DNA from: Hydrolagus colliei
Lineage: Eukaryota
Reading direction: 5' to 3'
Length of the DNA stretch: 64,000 nucleotides
Assembly: GCA_035084275.1 (NCBI GenBank)
Contig: CM068752.1
Span: forward strand, 2,728,001 to 2,792,000
Numbering within the stretch: the first letter of the stretch is position 1; every line of letters starts with the position of its first letter. This document shows positions 11,788 to 23,125 of this stretch, piece after piece. The position numbers and the translations under genes are program-made. The notes under the pieces are model-generated. The model did not search any database. It saw only the letters and a program-made list of their open reading frames with translations, and was not told the DNA's origin.

Positions 11788-13527
11788 GTGATCGAGAAGA
11801 ATCTGAGTGGCTGGTGGTACATACAGATCAACGCTGAGGAGGGTTGGGCTCCAGCCTCGTTCATTGACAAATACAAAAAAACCAGCAATGCTTTGAGAGC
11901 CAATTTCCTGCCACCTTTAGCACATGAACTGGCTAAACTGAAACTTTCGGATGGAGCGTCTGGGAGCAGCACTAACGGAGGAGAAAGCACGTTCCCGACC
12001 AGACCTTTGCCCAAAGAGCCTCAGGCCTTGAACCACAATGATGCCGTCGAGCCTCTCACCCACCCCAAACTGAAGGACTGGAGGACAAAGGATATCAGTA
12101 AAAGTCCACCTTCTGCCAACGTATCCAGTGTTTCCCCCGACGGGGAATCTCAACCCAAGCCCTGTCCTTCTTCGAGTACTCCAACTGCAGACGTTCCTAA
12201 GTTAAACAAGGAGAAATCACTTTTCCCGTTAAAGAAAGAGCAGGTTAGCGGTAAGCTTGAGGCAGAACCATCAGAGAAACATTCCAAAGGTTTTCCCCCG
12301 AAGCCTCCTGTGCCAGGGAGTAATTTACCCATTTTACCTCCAAAACTAGGACCAGGGAAAGGCGATAAGAAGTCGGGTGCTGAACCGAAACCCAAAGGCC
12401 TTGAAGCTGGGCCTAAGATATCAGTCAGTGAAGTGACCAGGCCTCATCTCAAGCCTGTGGCAAGACCGCCAGCCAAATCAAAGTCTGATTTGGAAGACAA
12501 GTCGATGGAGCAGCCACCAAATCTCGGCTTAAAGCCGAGGCCCTTGCTGCGGCCAAAGCCACTTCCTGCCACCAAGGGGGATGTGCAGCCTGACTCCGAG
12601 CTCGACATTTCCAACCTGAGGAGTAAGTTGAGGCGTCCGAAAGCCGTGGATAAGGTGGGAGAGCAGGAGCCTGGCCAGCCCCCAGCAGGGAATCAGAACT
12701 CCTCCAACAACTTGCCCGCACTCGCTTGCAGCGGCTCCCCTGGCAATACAGATAACAGTCTCCACCAAATGAAGCAAAGCTCAGGGACGAGCTGTAAGGG
12801 AAGCGATGCCACCAAGGCTTTCCAGAAGGAGCAGAACGGCCATGAACATGAGCCGAATGGGCCGAGCGTCGGGCAAGAGAAAGTCGGGGGGTCGAAGAAT
12901 AACGTTGCTCTCTCGAAACCCTTCGAGAAGAAGGCGGACGACACTCAACTGAAGAAAACGCCTTCGTTCAACAGGGAATGTCCACCCCGCCCACAGGTCC
13001 CACCCAGGAGACCCGCGCTGCCAAAGAAAACCTCGGGAGAATCTGCGGTGCAACCGAAAGATACGGTCGAGAGCAAACCGGCCTGGGGGATAGGTAAACC
13101 GGCCATACCTCCCCCCAGGCCCAAACACGGCACGCCTCACGATCACGGCAACGATGATCTCAAACCCAGAGTTGGGCCGAGGGATGCCTTAGCGATCAAA
13201 GGAGCCCTTTTTCCCAAAGCTCACGAGCACAAGAGAGACCCGGTCACCCCTCCTAAGGAGGGGCCAAAGTTGCCGGAGAAATCGGATCAGGGGAAAGAGA
13301 AGGTTCACTTCGCGCCCGTCAACCTCGGCGAGGAATCCTCGAAGCAAAACCTTTATGTGGCTCTCGCTGATTTTGTCGGCGACGAGGAGACTGCTGGATT
13401 TAAGGAAGGCTCAATATTTGAACTCTTTGAGAAAAACACCAATGGCTGGTGGTACTGTAAAATTCTGAATCCTGAGCCAACCTGGGAGGGCTGGGTCCCT
13501 TCCAATTATCTGACCAGAAAATGTTAA
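11788..13527 (+). CDS. SH3PXD2B: SH3PXD2B terminal coding exon: end of SH3-3, long Pro/Lys-rich linker, SH3-4, stop
   Basis: cctttAG acceptor then VIEKNLSGWWYIQ...GWAPASFIDKYKK (the GTG is Val, not a start). C-terminal SH3 LYVALADF...GWWYCK...WEGWVPSNYL. 579-codon open frame ending in TAA. Confidence 0.97.
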   Translation: MIEKNLSGWWYIQINAEEGWAPASFIDKYKKTSNALRANFLPPLAHELAKLKLSDGASGSSTNGGESTFPTRPLPKEPQALNHNDAVEPLTHPKLKDWRTKDISKSPPSANVSSVSPDGESQPKPCPSSSTPTADVPKLNKEKSLFPLKKEQVSGKLEAEPSEKHSKGFPPKPPVPGSNLPILPPKLGPGKGDKKSGAEPKPKGLEAGPKISVSEVTRPHLKPVARPPAKSKSDLEDKSMEQPPNLGLKPRPLLRPKPLPATKGDVQPDSELDISNLRSKLRRPKAVDKVGEQEPGQPPAGNQNSSNNLPALACSGSPGNTDNSLHQMKQSSGTSCKGSDATKAFQKEQNGHEHEPNGPSVGQEKVGGSKNNVALSKPFEKKADDTQLKKTPSFNRECPPRPQVPPRRPALPKKTSGESAVQPKDTVESKPAWGIGKPAIPPPRPKHGTPHDHGNDDLKPRVGPRDALAIKGALFPKAHEHKRDPVTPPKEGPKLPEKSDQGKEKVHFAPVNLGEESSKQNLYVALADFVGDEETAGFKEGSIFELFEKNTNGWWYCKILNPEPTWEGWVPSNYLTRKC

Positions 13528-16417
13528 GTGTCTTCTCTTCTTCGTATATTATTTTTTACACCACAAAAGGCTTTTTCATATGGTAATATTTAATTGGGTT
13601 GTTAATTTATAGGTTAAAGCTTTCCAAACGCCACTAATTACATTCCACCAATGTATTTCTCTCCCTTCCCCCCTACACCCACCCCCCCCAGCCCCCCCCC
13701 CCCCACCCCTCAATCCTAAAATGGAGCACCTTTCACATTTGCCGTTAGTTCATTTGCTCAATTGTTAAAAGCGTTGAGATGATCTGCCAGTTGAAGGAGG
13801 GAGGAAGGAATCTTTGAGATTTTGCTTAACAGTACGTTTCAGATAATGCCACTCTTCAGTTTACCAATAATGATTCGAAAGGATATTTTTGGGTTGTGGT
13901 TGTTGTTGTTGAACGTTTAAGAAACACACAATACAATGGTCAACACATTTGAGCTTGTTCTTGTGAACTATACTTCAACTACAGAACAAATGTCAGATCT
14001 TATTGGCGAGAAATTAAGATCTTTTTGCATTGTTAGTTAACTGCGGTATATGCCTGAATCTTGAAGTTCTGAAAGTTCCAATATTTAGACGTTTGTACTA
14101 ATTCCAGGCAGTTTATTGTGCAAATCACGCTGAAACACATATTTTTGTTCCTTAAGTTATCACATTTTCTTTTATATACATTGCATTTTCTTTTATAATA
14201 CAGAACTGTTTTATAGTATTGTAGTAAAATAAATCGGTAATGTAAATTTAAAACATTTTAGTTATATACTGCTTCAGTAAAGGCCATCATAAAGATACTA
14301 CTAGGTTAAAATAGATAGAGTAGTTTAGTCACTAACATAATGCATGTAAAGGACAACTATTAGTTGTATCACAGATAATGTGTAGTCTTCTGAACGCTCT
14401 TCAGGAAATGAGCTATATAGGATCCTATATTCAGTACATATTCTCAATGCTAACTGCAGTTAAACATTTAATATGCCTCTCAAAAATACTTCGAGACGAG
14501 CGGTTATTCAGTTTGCAAAGTTTGAAAATAGGAATAGGAATTGATTAAGCTACAGTCCGTGAATTAGTGACATTGAATTGTTTTAGAGGGATCGGGATGT
14601 AATAAAACATGGTGTACAATGTACACTGAGAAATCAGACCTATGATGGACTTGAAATCTGAATAACTCCTCGCGGAGAATTCTTATTGCACAGACTATAC
14701 TCAAGACTAATTCCTCATGAATGTAAACACATGAGGCCTTTAACGGTATTACCTAAATGCTTTAGTTGTATCTTAGTGTAGAATTCATTAGGATTATTTG
14801 TTTTGTGAGAGCTTGACTGGTATCAAGCGTATATACTGTGGAGCAAAAGACTTGAAATGTGAAACATGTTTTTAAAAAAAGTGTTTGTTAACATGGCTTC
14901 TTTTAATAAAATTGGCCACAGTCAAAAGCATTTCAAAAATTAAGAAGAAATCAAATTACCTCACATTATACCAGGGAACACAAATCACTTTGGAGTAATC
15001 TTGATAAATATCACGGGGAGGGAGGAAGGGGACTTTCAAAGAAGCCGGCTGCACAAGTCACTAATTAAACAGATGCAATCAAACTTGGTTGTGAGCAAAC
15101 AAAACTATTTTTGGTGTAATGTACTGAAGATTACACTGATTCCCAAACTCATTTCCGAAACATTTGACATTGTCTGACGCGCCCAACTAATTTGTGAGGT
15201 TGAACGATGGATATTTTGAACACTTTTTGCAGGTGATGGCTGATTAAACTTTTGTCGTGTGCTTTGCTGCTTGTCTACACACTGGTTTGTGTAAATTGTC
15301 ACCCCGCACTAGACCAGACTGCGTATAGCTAAACCCTGCTGGAATGCAGGCCAGACCAGCAGACTGCCTAGCTCTGAAGCAATGTGAACAAACAATGTAA
15401 CTAGGTTTACGTGAAGTGCCAAATCAATTGTGAAAAGTAGGCAACGATTGCATCATGTTCATAAAATTATCAGCCTGCAAAAAAATACATTTTTTTTTAC
15501 AGGCAAGTGAGTCAGTCCCTTGGTGAAAGCCGAAACCAGATTGTGTACCTTATTACAGTGCACAAGTCTGTTTAGCACTGTGACTAAAATGACTTTACAC
15601 AACCTCAGTGATTCCTCACCGTGACCTCTACTGTATTTCCATCGTAGAAGATTTGGGTTGTGAAGTTGGGTTTTGGAGACCGGGGTGGCAGTCAGTGAAG
15701 CAATGGCATCCATCTGCTCATTTACCAGACAGATTACTAAAGAATTCACTAGTTCACAGGCTCTCATTCCCAGGTCGTGAACCGTGAACCGTGACCCTTA
15801 GATAATTCTCTTGTAGTTCATTTTTTTTTAAGAGTAACTATTTTCAGGAGTCATTTTTATACTACTTCCCTTACAGAGAGGTCGAGTTCATCTGTTGGTA
15901 ACTGGTAACAGGAAAGTAGTCGCACACACACGCACCCGTGAATTAATTTTACTGGCCGTAACTGACGGAGGGGCAGAGTGAAGAAAGAGAGCGAAAGATA
16001 TTTAAGTTGAGAAAGTAATGAGGAGTAAACAAAGGAGGTTGGAGTGTGGGTGAGCATTCAGGGGTTGTCTCAGTGCATCCTGATCATATGTGAGAGTTTA
16101 TGGAGAGGTGATGGAGGCAAGTGTAATGTTGGGGAAAGAGGGTGACTGGTTCTGGACTTTTTGTGTGTGTGTGTGTTGAGGGATGGGGGGGTGGTGGGTG
16201 GGAGGGAAGAGGAGGCAAAACTTCTTGCTCACACAGTTGACAACCTACTGTGTTTCATGAGCAGTGCCACCTCAATAAGCACATTTATACAAAGAAAACT
16301 TGAGATCACATAAAGTACAGGGTATGTAGCAATAGGTTTACAATGCGTAGCTCCTTATTCCATCCAATACTCTCTTCAAGATTCAGAGACGAGTAGCACT
16401 AGGTGCCAACAGGAGAT

Positions 16418-16720
16418 ATGCCTTACAAGCGTGAGACCTGTGTTCAAATCCAAGCAGGTCAGGGCGAAACCTTGGGCAAGTTTCCATACTCCACACACAC
16501 GCCCAATAATAATCCCTCCCAAAAAAGGAAAACAATAATAAAATTGGGTCATTTCAATCCACGGCTGTTTGTGGGACACAGCTGTGCGCAATTGGCTGCC
16601 GCATTTCGCCCACAAATATACAGTCAATTCACTTTACAGTATATTCTGTGAAGCGCTTTGAGACGTCTAGAAGACGTGAAAAGGCGCTGTATCAAATGCA
16701 AGGATTATTATTATTATTAC
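16418..16720 (+). mobile_element. Deu-domain SINE (5'-truncated, little diverged) in the probable SH3PXD2B 3' UTR
   Basis: Starts at the anticodon-like gccttacaagcgtg; near-consensus core and (TTA)n tail. Confidence 0.9.
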
Positions 16721-16984
16721 TAGTATGCCGAGAGCGATACCAAGTGCTGTCCTGCAGTATGGAAAGGGAAGGGACAGCAGCTGATTGCTTTGTGAGCTGA
16801 TGTGTGGGAGTTTTAGCCTTGATGTATCCAGGTTGTCTGTAACTCAGATTCCTTTACTGTAAACAACATGATATAATGGTTAACTCGATTTTAGTTTGAA
16901 AAAAAAGCCTTTTTGTTTCTTAAAAGGTTGTAACTGTATTTTTGTTTCCCTCTCCTGTTACAAACGTTTCTTTTGTGGAACATT

Positions 16985-16990
16985 AATAAA
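16985..16990 (+). promoter_or_regulatory. Candidate distal polyadenylation signal of SH3PXD2B
   Basis: AATAAA with upstream TGTA motifs and U-rich sequence, and downstream U/GU-rich sequence. Confidence 0.5.
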
Positions 16991-17955
16991 CAAATCACAG
17001 CTTTTGTTTTAAACCGCTCTTTAGTGTATTGTGGGAAAGCTTGATAGGGGGTTGGGTGCTCGAGAACAAAATCAAAAATATATATATCTATATATCTCTT
17101 TTGCCCTGTGACACTGAAGTATCAAACACACCCACGCAGAAAGTGAGCCTTCGAGAAAACACTTGTTAAAATCTTACTATTGCTATCATTCCACAATGCA
17201 GTCATTGTAACCAAATCACTTGCCCCTAGGAAAGCTCAATTTTTTATCAGTCAAAACACTCAAACCACAAGGCGATGGATCCTGATTGGTGAAATGCTTT
17301 GCCAGTTTTTTTTTGTGTGAGCTTTAAATAACAGGATTTGAACTACATAACTGGACCCTTGTTCTCTGAAACCTTTCGATTCTTGCAAGTTTACAACGAC
17401 TGTTAAAAAAAAAGGAAAATACAGAACTGAACTGGAGCTAAAGAGAATCCAATAATGATTATTTTAACAAATAATGTCACTCAATCCACGACTGTTTGTG
17501 GGACGCTGCTGTGCACGATGGCTGTTGCACCTCACTCACAAAATGTACAGTCAATTCACTTAACAATGTATTCTGTGAAGCGCTTTGGGACATCTAGAAG
17601 ACGTGATAAGGCGTTATAGGAAATGCAAAGATAATTTCATACGGTATATTATTCACCTCCATGTTAAAATCTGTGGAACGTACATTACATTGTATCAGGT
17701 AGATTGCAATGCATGTCTTTTCACTTGGAACAATTCGCTCTAATTCTGCTGGTGGCCAAGGTATAAGCAGACAGACATCTGTCCTTGGATACCACTCATA
17801 GACTAGAATAAGTTTCTAAAAAAGTGTTTGGGTTGCAGAATTTAAACAATATTCAGAATTGATGCACATATAGATTATTTTTTATATTTACTTTAAACAA
17901 ACAAAATGATTGTATTCTCCAGAAATGCTTTTTTAAAAAAACATATAACATACGG

Positions 17956-17961
17956 TTTATT
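17956..17961 (-). promoter_or_regulatory. Candidate distal polyadenylation signal of NEURL1B
   Basis: TTTATT on + (AATAAA on -) at the low end of a ~5 kb SINE-free stretch below the NEURL1B stop. Alternatives at 18386, 21901 and 22282. Confidence 0.4.
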
Positions 17962-18898
17962 CCTGTAAACCATCAAATCAAAAATGATCAGATTGTCATG
18001 ACACAGTGTGTCCACAGGGCTGCAGTAATCACCAAATGTTCATCCCTTTCTTGATAAAACCTGGTGATTCCTGTTTGACGTAACTTGCAAGCGAAAACGC
18101 TGAACAGATGTCAGATAAGAAAACATCATTAATCAAATAGAAACAAGAGCAACTCTTCTGTGTGATAGCAACCGAGTTAAAATCCCTGCCAAACACGAAA
18201 CGCTGCATTGGACCCAAAGGAATTGTCAAGTTGCAATACTTGTCAACTGAACATCCAAACTGTTGTCTCAACTCCCTACCCAATTTCTTTGTTTGGCAAC
18301 ACATCCACTGGTCCCTGAATTAAAGGCATGAGCACAAGGAATCTTAAAAGCTTAGAGAGAACCGCAGGTAAGTGGAAAACAGCTGTTTATTATGAGAATT
18401 GGTTACGATGAAAACACTCAAAAACTAAATACAACAGAATAGGTCTCAAAAGAGACTTTATATGGTTGAGCACATGAGCAACAGTGAGGCATTTGGTCAC
18501 AGAACAAAGGAATGTCACAATTTGTGTAACTGTTTACAACAGCAAAAGACTGTCTTTTAGAGTAAAAACCTCAGTGCTCACGGCAAACCAGATAGACGTA
18601 TGGTTCGGAATCTTAATCAACGGCTTTTGATTTACAAAATAGTAGCAAAACAACTGTTGCGATTTTCATAGAAATATCTCGATAGCAAATAGGGGTGAGA
18701 CAAATGTTGGATTTGACGATTCCCATTTCAGGCGGTGGGATGTTAGTGCATTTTACCTTTTTGTTTTTGTTCTTTTGCCAAAAAACAGAAGAAATACAAT
18801 TTGTGCATAAGGAGTTTCTTTGGCAAATTCAGTCCTGTATTTTCTGGGATCTGCCTGAACTCTAGATTTGAACAAAGCAGTTTTCTTTACATGGAAAA

Positions 18899-18948
18899 TA
18901 TATATCGATATATATATATATATATATACAGTATATATACGTATATAT
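18899..18948 (+). repeat. (TA)n microsatellite, imperfect
   Basis: Direct inspection. Confidence 0.9.
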
Positions 18949-20951
18949 AACACATAGCCTCTGGGATTTAGCCAGGCAAAGTGGATCAGTTTTCTCCTCG
19001 GAAATGCCAAATCCATGTTTTTTTCTCTTCCCTATCAACAATTTCCTCTACCTAAATGGGTAAATACTGTAGAAATATAACCTCTTGTCTTGCTCCCGAC
19101 AGAAACAATCAACCCAGCAACCAATGGACAAGCCTGTGCTTGGTGCAAGGGCATGTGGCCTGATATGAAAGATGCCATACCAAATGCAGGGATGGTTAAT
19201 ATTATTATTATTGACAGTATCAGACTGTTCATAAATCGGCCCTTTTATGATCGGTTGAAAATAATTGGATCGCTGCACTATAAAATCTGCATCAGGAGAA
19301 CCACTGATTAACGATGGTTCTGCAGATTAGAGACCGTTCTACATATAAACCTCTTTTTTAAAAAAAAAATCATCAGTACAGTACTGAGACTCAGTGAATT
19401 TCTATGAGACCGAATCTTGTCATTATTTTAGAGCCAAAGGGGGGAACATGAACAAGCCTGACCTGGAGGTAGGTGCAGCACGGCTAATTAGCTGCACATC
19501 CCATTAATGTGAGAAACCGATCCCAACTACATAAAGTGTAACTACTTTAGAACATGATTGGAGTCAGCAGATCACCTCCTCTTTGATCATCTCTTATTAA
19601 CCTTACAGCAAAGGGGAAGTTTATAATTGGGCTGACGTTCTGCTTTGCATTGTTACAATTATCTAGCTTCTTTGGAGATATTAGTCGGCAGTTAATGGGA
19701 TTTTCCCACCTCACAAGCGTGCCTCGCTAAAGGCGCTACATGCAACGTTGACCAGGATTTCAGCGCAAAAGGTCTGTTAAACCATGGAGAAACTGAGGGC
19801 AACTTGCCTGCTCCACAAAGGGTGATGCCAGTTAAGATTCTACATTCCCCCCATCACAGAAAATCTAGGCTCGCCCGGTTCCCTCCAGCCCACCCCATGA
19901 CATCTGTTTCCAGATAGAATTCCAAACTCAAAGTTCCTTAGCTAGTTTCACTTTAACCGTTTATCCGACTGGTCCCACAAATTCAGAGACTGAGGAATCT
20001 ACAGCTTTCTAACAGTATCCGCAGTCTTTAGATAATACTTAATTAACTTGTGTTTAGCAAAGGGACCATTCCTCATTAGTGTCACCACAACACGCTTGGA
20101 TGGGAAAGCCCCTTTGATGCATTTGATCTCATCTCCCCTATATAACCACCATCTCCCTATTGCAGCATCAAACCAATTCTTATACCTCTCCAGGGTCTTG
20201 GCCTAAGATAGCGTTCCCAGTAACTGCTGTTGATTGCCATCTGTGTAAAATAAATATTTCACAGTATCTGCCCATCGCATCCTCGGGTCTCTTTTTTTGT
20301 GATGTTTTGCCGTATCAAAAGTCTTGTTGTGGGTTCATTTTCCCTAAGCCATTTAAGGACTTTTATATATGCTTGAAAGGTCTCGTCTGTGACACCTGAA
20401 TTTGCGGCTGAAATAAGCTGTGGTGGATCTCGCCATTTCTCGAAACTATCTAACTAAATGTGGTTCAGCTCCAGTGGTGTCCCTGAAGTGTAGATATCCT
20501 CGAGATGGGAACACATTTCCCAGTGTCCAGTATTCAGATTGCTGCCGTCGAATCCAATCGGGAACCCTTTGCTCAGTGACAAACAGCGACAGGCCATAAG
20601 AACTAATCATAACAAAGACAAAACTCACTGGTTTTACAATCTGACTAACAGTCAACAAAATGTAAACAAAGAAGCAAACAGATCTTACCTCTCTTACTCT
20701 AAACACGATTCATTCGCTGCTCTCTTCACCCCCCCATCCCGTTATTGTGTACTTGCTTCCAAACGGCTTAAAATAAAACGTTACAAAATGTTCTAACTAA
20801 CTGTAGCTACATTGAGAGGCTGGCTGTCGCTCATCTCTCAATGATTTGTCCAGTCAGGCCACAATAGAATGAATGGGCCATCGGTGAAAATGATGGATTA
20901 TTCCCTTTTTTGTAACCCATTATCAAATTTTGCATTTACAGTGCAAAAACT

Positions 20952-20986
20952 CACACACACACACACACACGCACACGCACACACAT
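20952..20986 (+). repeat. (CA)n microsatellite
   Basis: Direct inspection. Confidence 0.9.
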
Positions 20987-22880
20987 ATATGGACAACAAA
21001 TATAACATTTAAAATAAGTGCAAAAACAAATTAAAATGTTTACACTATATGGGCTGAATTTATACAAAGTGTCTATTGACGTTCACGGTTTGCTACATGA
21101 ACATTGAAACGATAAGCTAAGGAAACAGTAGGTATTTTTGTACAAAGTCAGCAAATTAGGCAAGATATTAAATATATTTTGTGTTACATACCATTCTCAT
21201 TCCATTATCAAAAGGAAAATATTTTAGTGGTTATCACATAATTCCTATAAAGCTACCACTAATCAGTGAGTCTATCACTGTCAATCAAAGTTCACAAGGG
21301 AATCAGAAAAAAGTGCATCCACCTTCCTATGTAAGGCACCTGTAGCTTTGAATCACCACAGAAAAAAAAAATCCAGCATTAAATCCACATCTGTTACCGT
21401 CGCGTCCAAAGTTGCTATATCCTTTTTGTTGGCATGTTGAAGATAACCAGAACAAATGCGTGCGTCTGATACAGCGCCTTTCACATCAGGAAATACATCT
21501 CCAAGGGCTTTCGCAGGATTTTCTGAAAAGTGTGGTGACTGTGTGTTTTGTGGGTGAGCCAATTTTTTTTCCCCCCACAGTGATTTCACATCTTATTTCT
21601 CTAGCAGCAGGTAAAGGATTCAGAGTCTCTACCATAGACCAACAATCCAATTGATGTTGGGTTACAGCGAGATGTCCCGAGGGGATAAGGCAAATTAGGG
21701 GGCTTCAAATCTCGGGTGGAAAATCTCAACTTGAGGGTCATAGAGAACTCAAACCAATCTTGAAACCTCCTGGGAAAGTGGATAAGAGGATTAACCTCAC
21801 CTGACAATTATCAGGAGTCAGTCAATACTGTGGCTAATTTTAGAACAAAAAAAAACAAATTTCACATCAGAAAGCAAAGAAGAAATGAGAAAGGATGACT
21901 TTTATTTAGAACTGTTTTGAGGTTGATAACGGTCGCAAATGGTTTAAACGTGATGGTTTAAGATCGAGGTTGTCACGCCAACAAGAAGCGATATTGGAAC
22001 TTGAATCATTCCGCTGAACTCACTGACCCTCCCAAAGTCCTCCAGTTAAAAGATAACCGTTTGTTTCTCCAGAGAGAGAAAAGAAAATGGAGTTTCAATC
22101 CAGAAAATGGAACGTGGTGACAGTCCCACTAACAGTGATGTTAGCGCGCGTGTGTGTGTAACAGCTACAATACAGTATTGATTCTACCAAGAAAAATCCA
22201 CGTTTTCATTTCGGTTTTTTATGAAGCACTCCCAAGACGTTGTCTTGCGTGAAGGGCGCTATTATAAATGCAAGTTGTTGTTTTATTCCCTCCAATAAAA
22301 AAAGGGCTTTTTGCAATTAAGATTCTAACGAATGCTAAAAACAACGTGTTTTTGACCAAACCTTTTGAGATTGTCGTGAATGAAGCGGACACAAAAGTAC
22401 GTCTTGGAGCTCGAGAACGAACTGTTTCGGAATAACAGGTCTCGGTACAAATGTTCCGATTACGGGCATCAAGACCTGTTATTGCAGACGCTGCCTGACA
22501 TGGCAAGGCTCGTGGAAAAAAGTTCCTTTCTCATGGAATTATGGTCTGAATCAATGATTTGTACGCGGATTTGTACGGTGATCACGAAACAGAAGATACT
22601 TGGTGTGGAAAAATATTGGAGAGAGTGCCTCCCGCTTTCCCAGACTGAAGTGACTAATAACTGTAATGGGGGAGGGGGTGGGGGATCAGAGGATAGAGAG
22701 AGGGAACAGTTGACTAGGCGGGGAAATAGTCACAAAATAGCCATACTGTGTGAATGAATGTTTATAACTGAAGTCGGGCTGAACGACAGAGGAAGCTTTT
22801 AACCATCTATTAAAAAAAAGTCTACTTTTGAAACTAGAGAATACAGATCACGAAAGAGTCCTGTTGAGAGGGGGGGCGTA

Positions 22881-23125
22881 TCACGGACGGTAGATCTTAA
22901 TGACATCCTTGATGACTCGCCTGCAGATCGGGCAGCAGGCGTTGATCTGTTTCTTCAGCTTAAGACCACAATCGTAGCAAAGACACATATGTCCGCAGGT
23001 GTAAATCACCGTCTCGACCTCGCTGTCGAAACAGACCGTACACTCTCCGTTTTTGCTGCTCAGGGCTTCGGGCGGAGAGACGGACGGGGAGAATTGAGGG
23101 CTGAGCGGTGAGCTGGGTGCCGTCA
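22881..23125 (-). CDS. NEURL1B: NEURL1B terminal coding exon: C3HC4 RING finger
   Basis: cccgcAG acceptor (23126-23127). (V)TAPSSPLSP...[57 protein letters not shown], matching the recalled NEURL1B C-terminus KDVIKIYRP. Confidence 0.97.

Larger units (their letters stand above)
13528..17010 (+). other. SH3PXD2B: Probable long 3' UTR of SH3PXD2B (end uncertain)
   Basis: AU-rich, largely repeat-free sequence after the stop. AATAAA candidates near 14228, 14601, 14905 and 16985; the last has U-rich flanks. Confidence 0.5.
17930..22880 (-). other. NEURL1B: Probable long 3' UTR of NEURL1B (end uncertain)
   Basis: Follows the TGA at 22881-22883. Depleted of the SINE that saturates the introns; AU-rich blocks around 20900-21250. 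Confidence 0.5.

Noticed and set aside
11788-11790. Start codon of a stand-alone 579-aa gene
   Set aside because: The GTG directly follows a splice acceptor and encodes Val in the middle of SH3-3.
11784-13146. Antisense ORFs within the SH3PXD2B terminal exon
   Set aside because: Shadow frames of a long Pro/Lys-rich coding exon.
13513-13527. C-terminal Cys (TRKC*) as a prenylation signal
   Set aside because: Not a CAAX, CC or CXC arrangement.
16376-16651. Recurrent ORFs of the type [18 protein letters not shown] / GHFNPRLFVGTLLCAIG that look like a multicopy protein family
   Set aside because: All are translations of the same non-coding SINE in various frames and strands, with inconsistent starts and stops.
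18923-18930. Pumilio element UGUAUAUA in the NEURL1B 3' UTR
   Set aside because: The match arises at the edge of a (TA)n microsatellite and cannot be distinguished from chance without conservation data.
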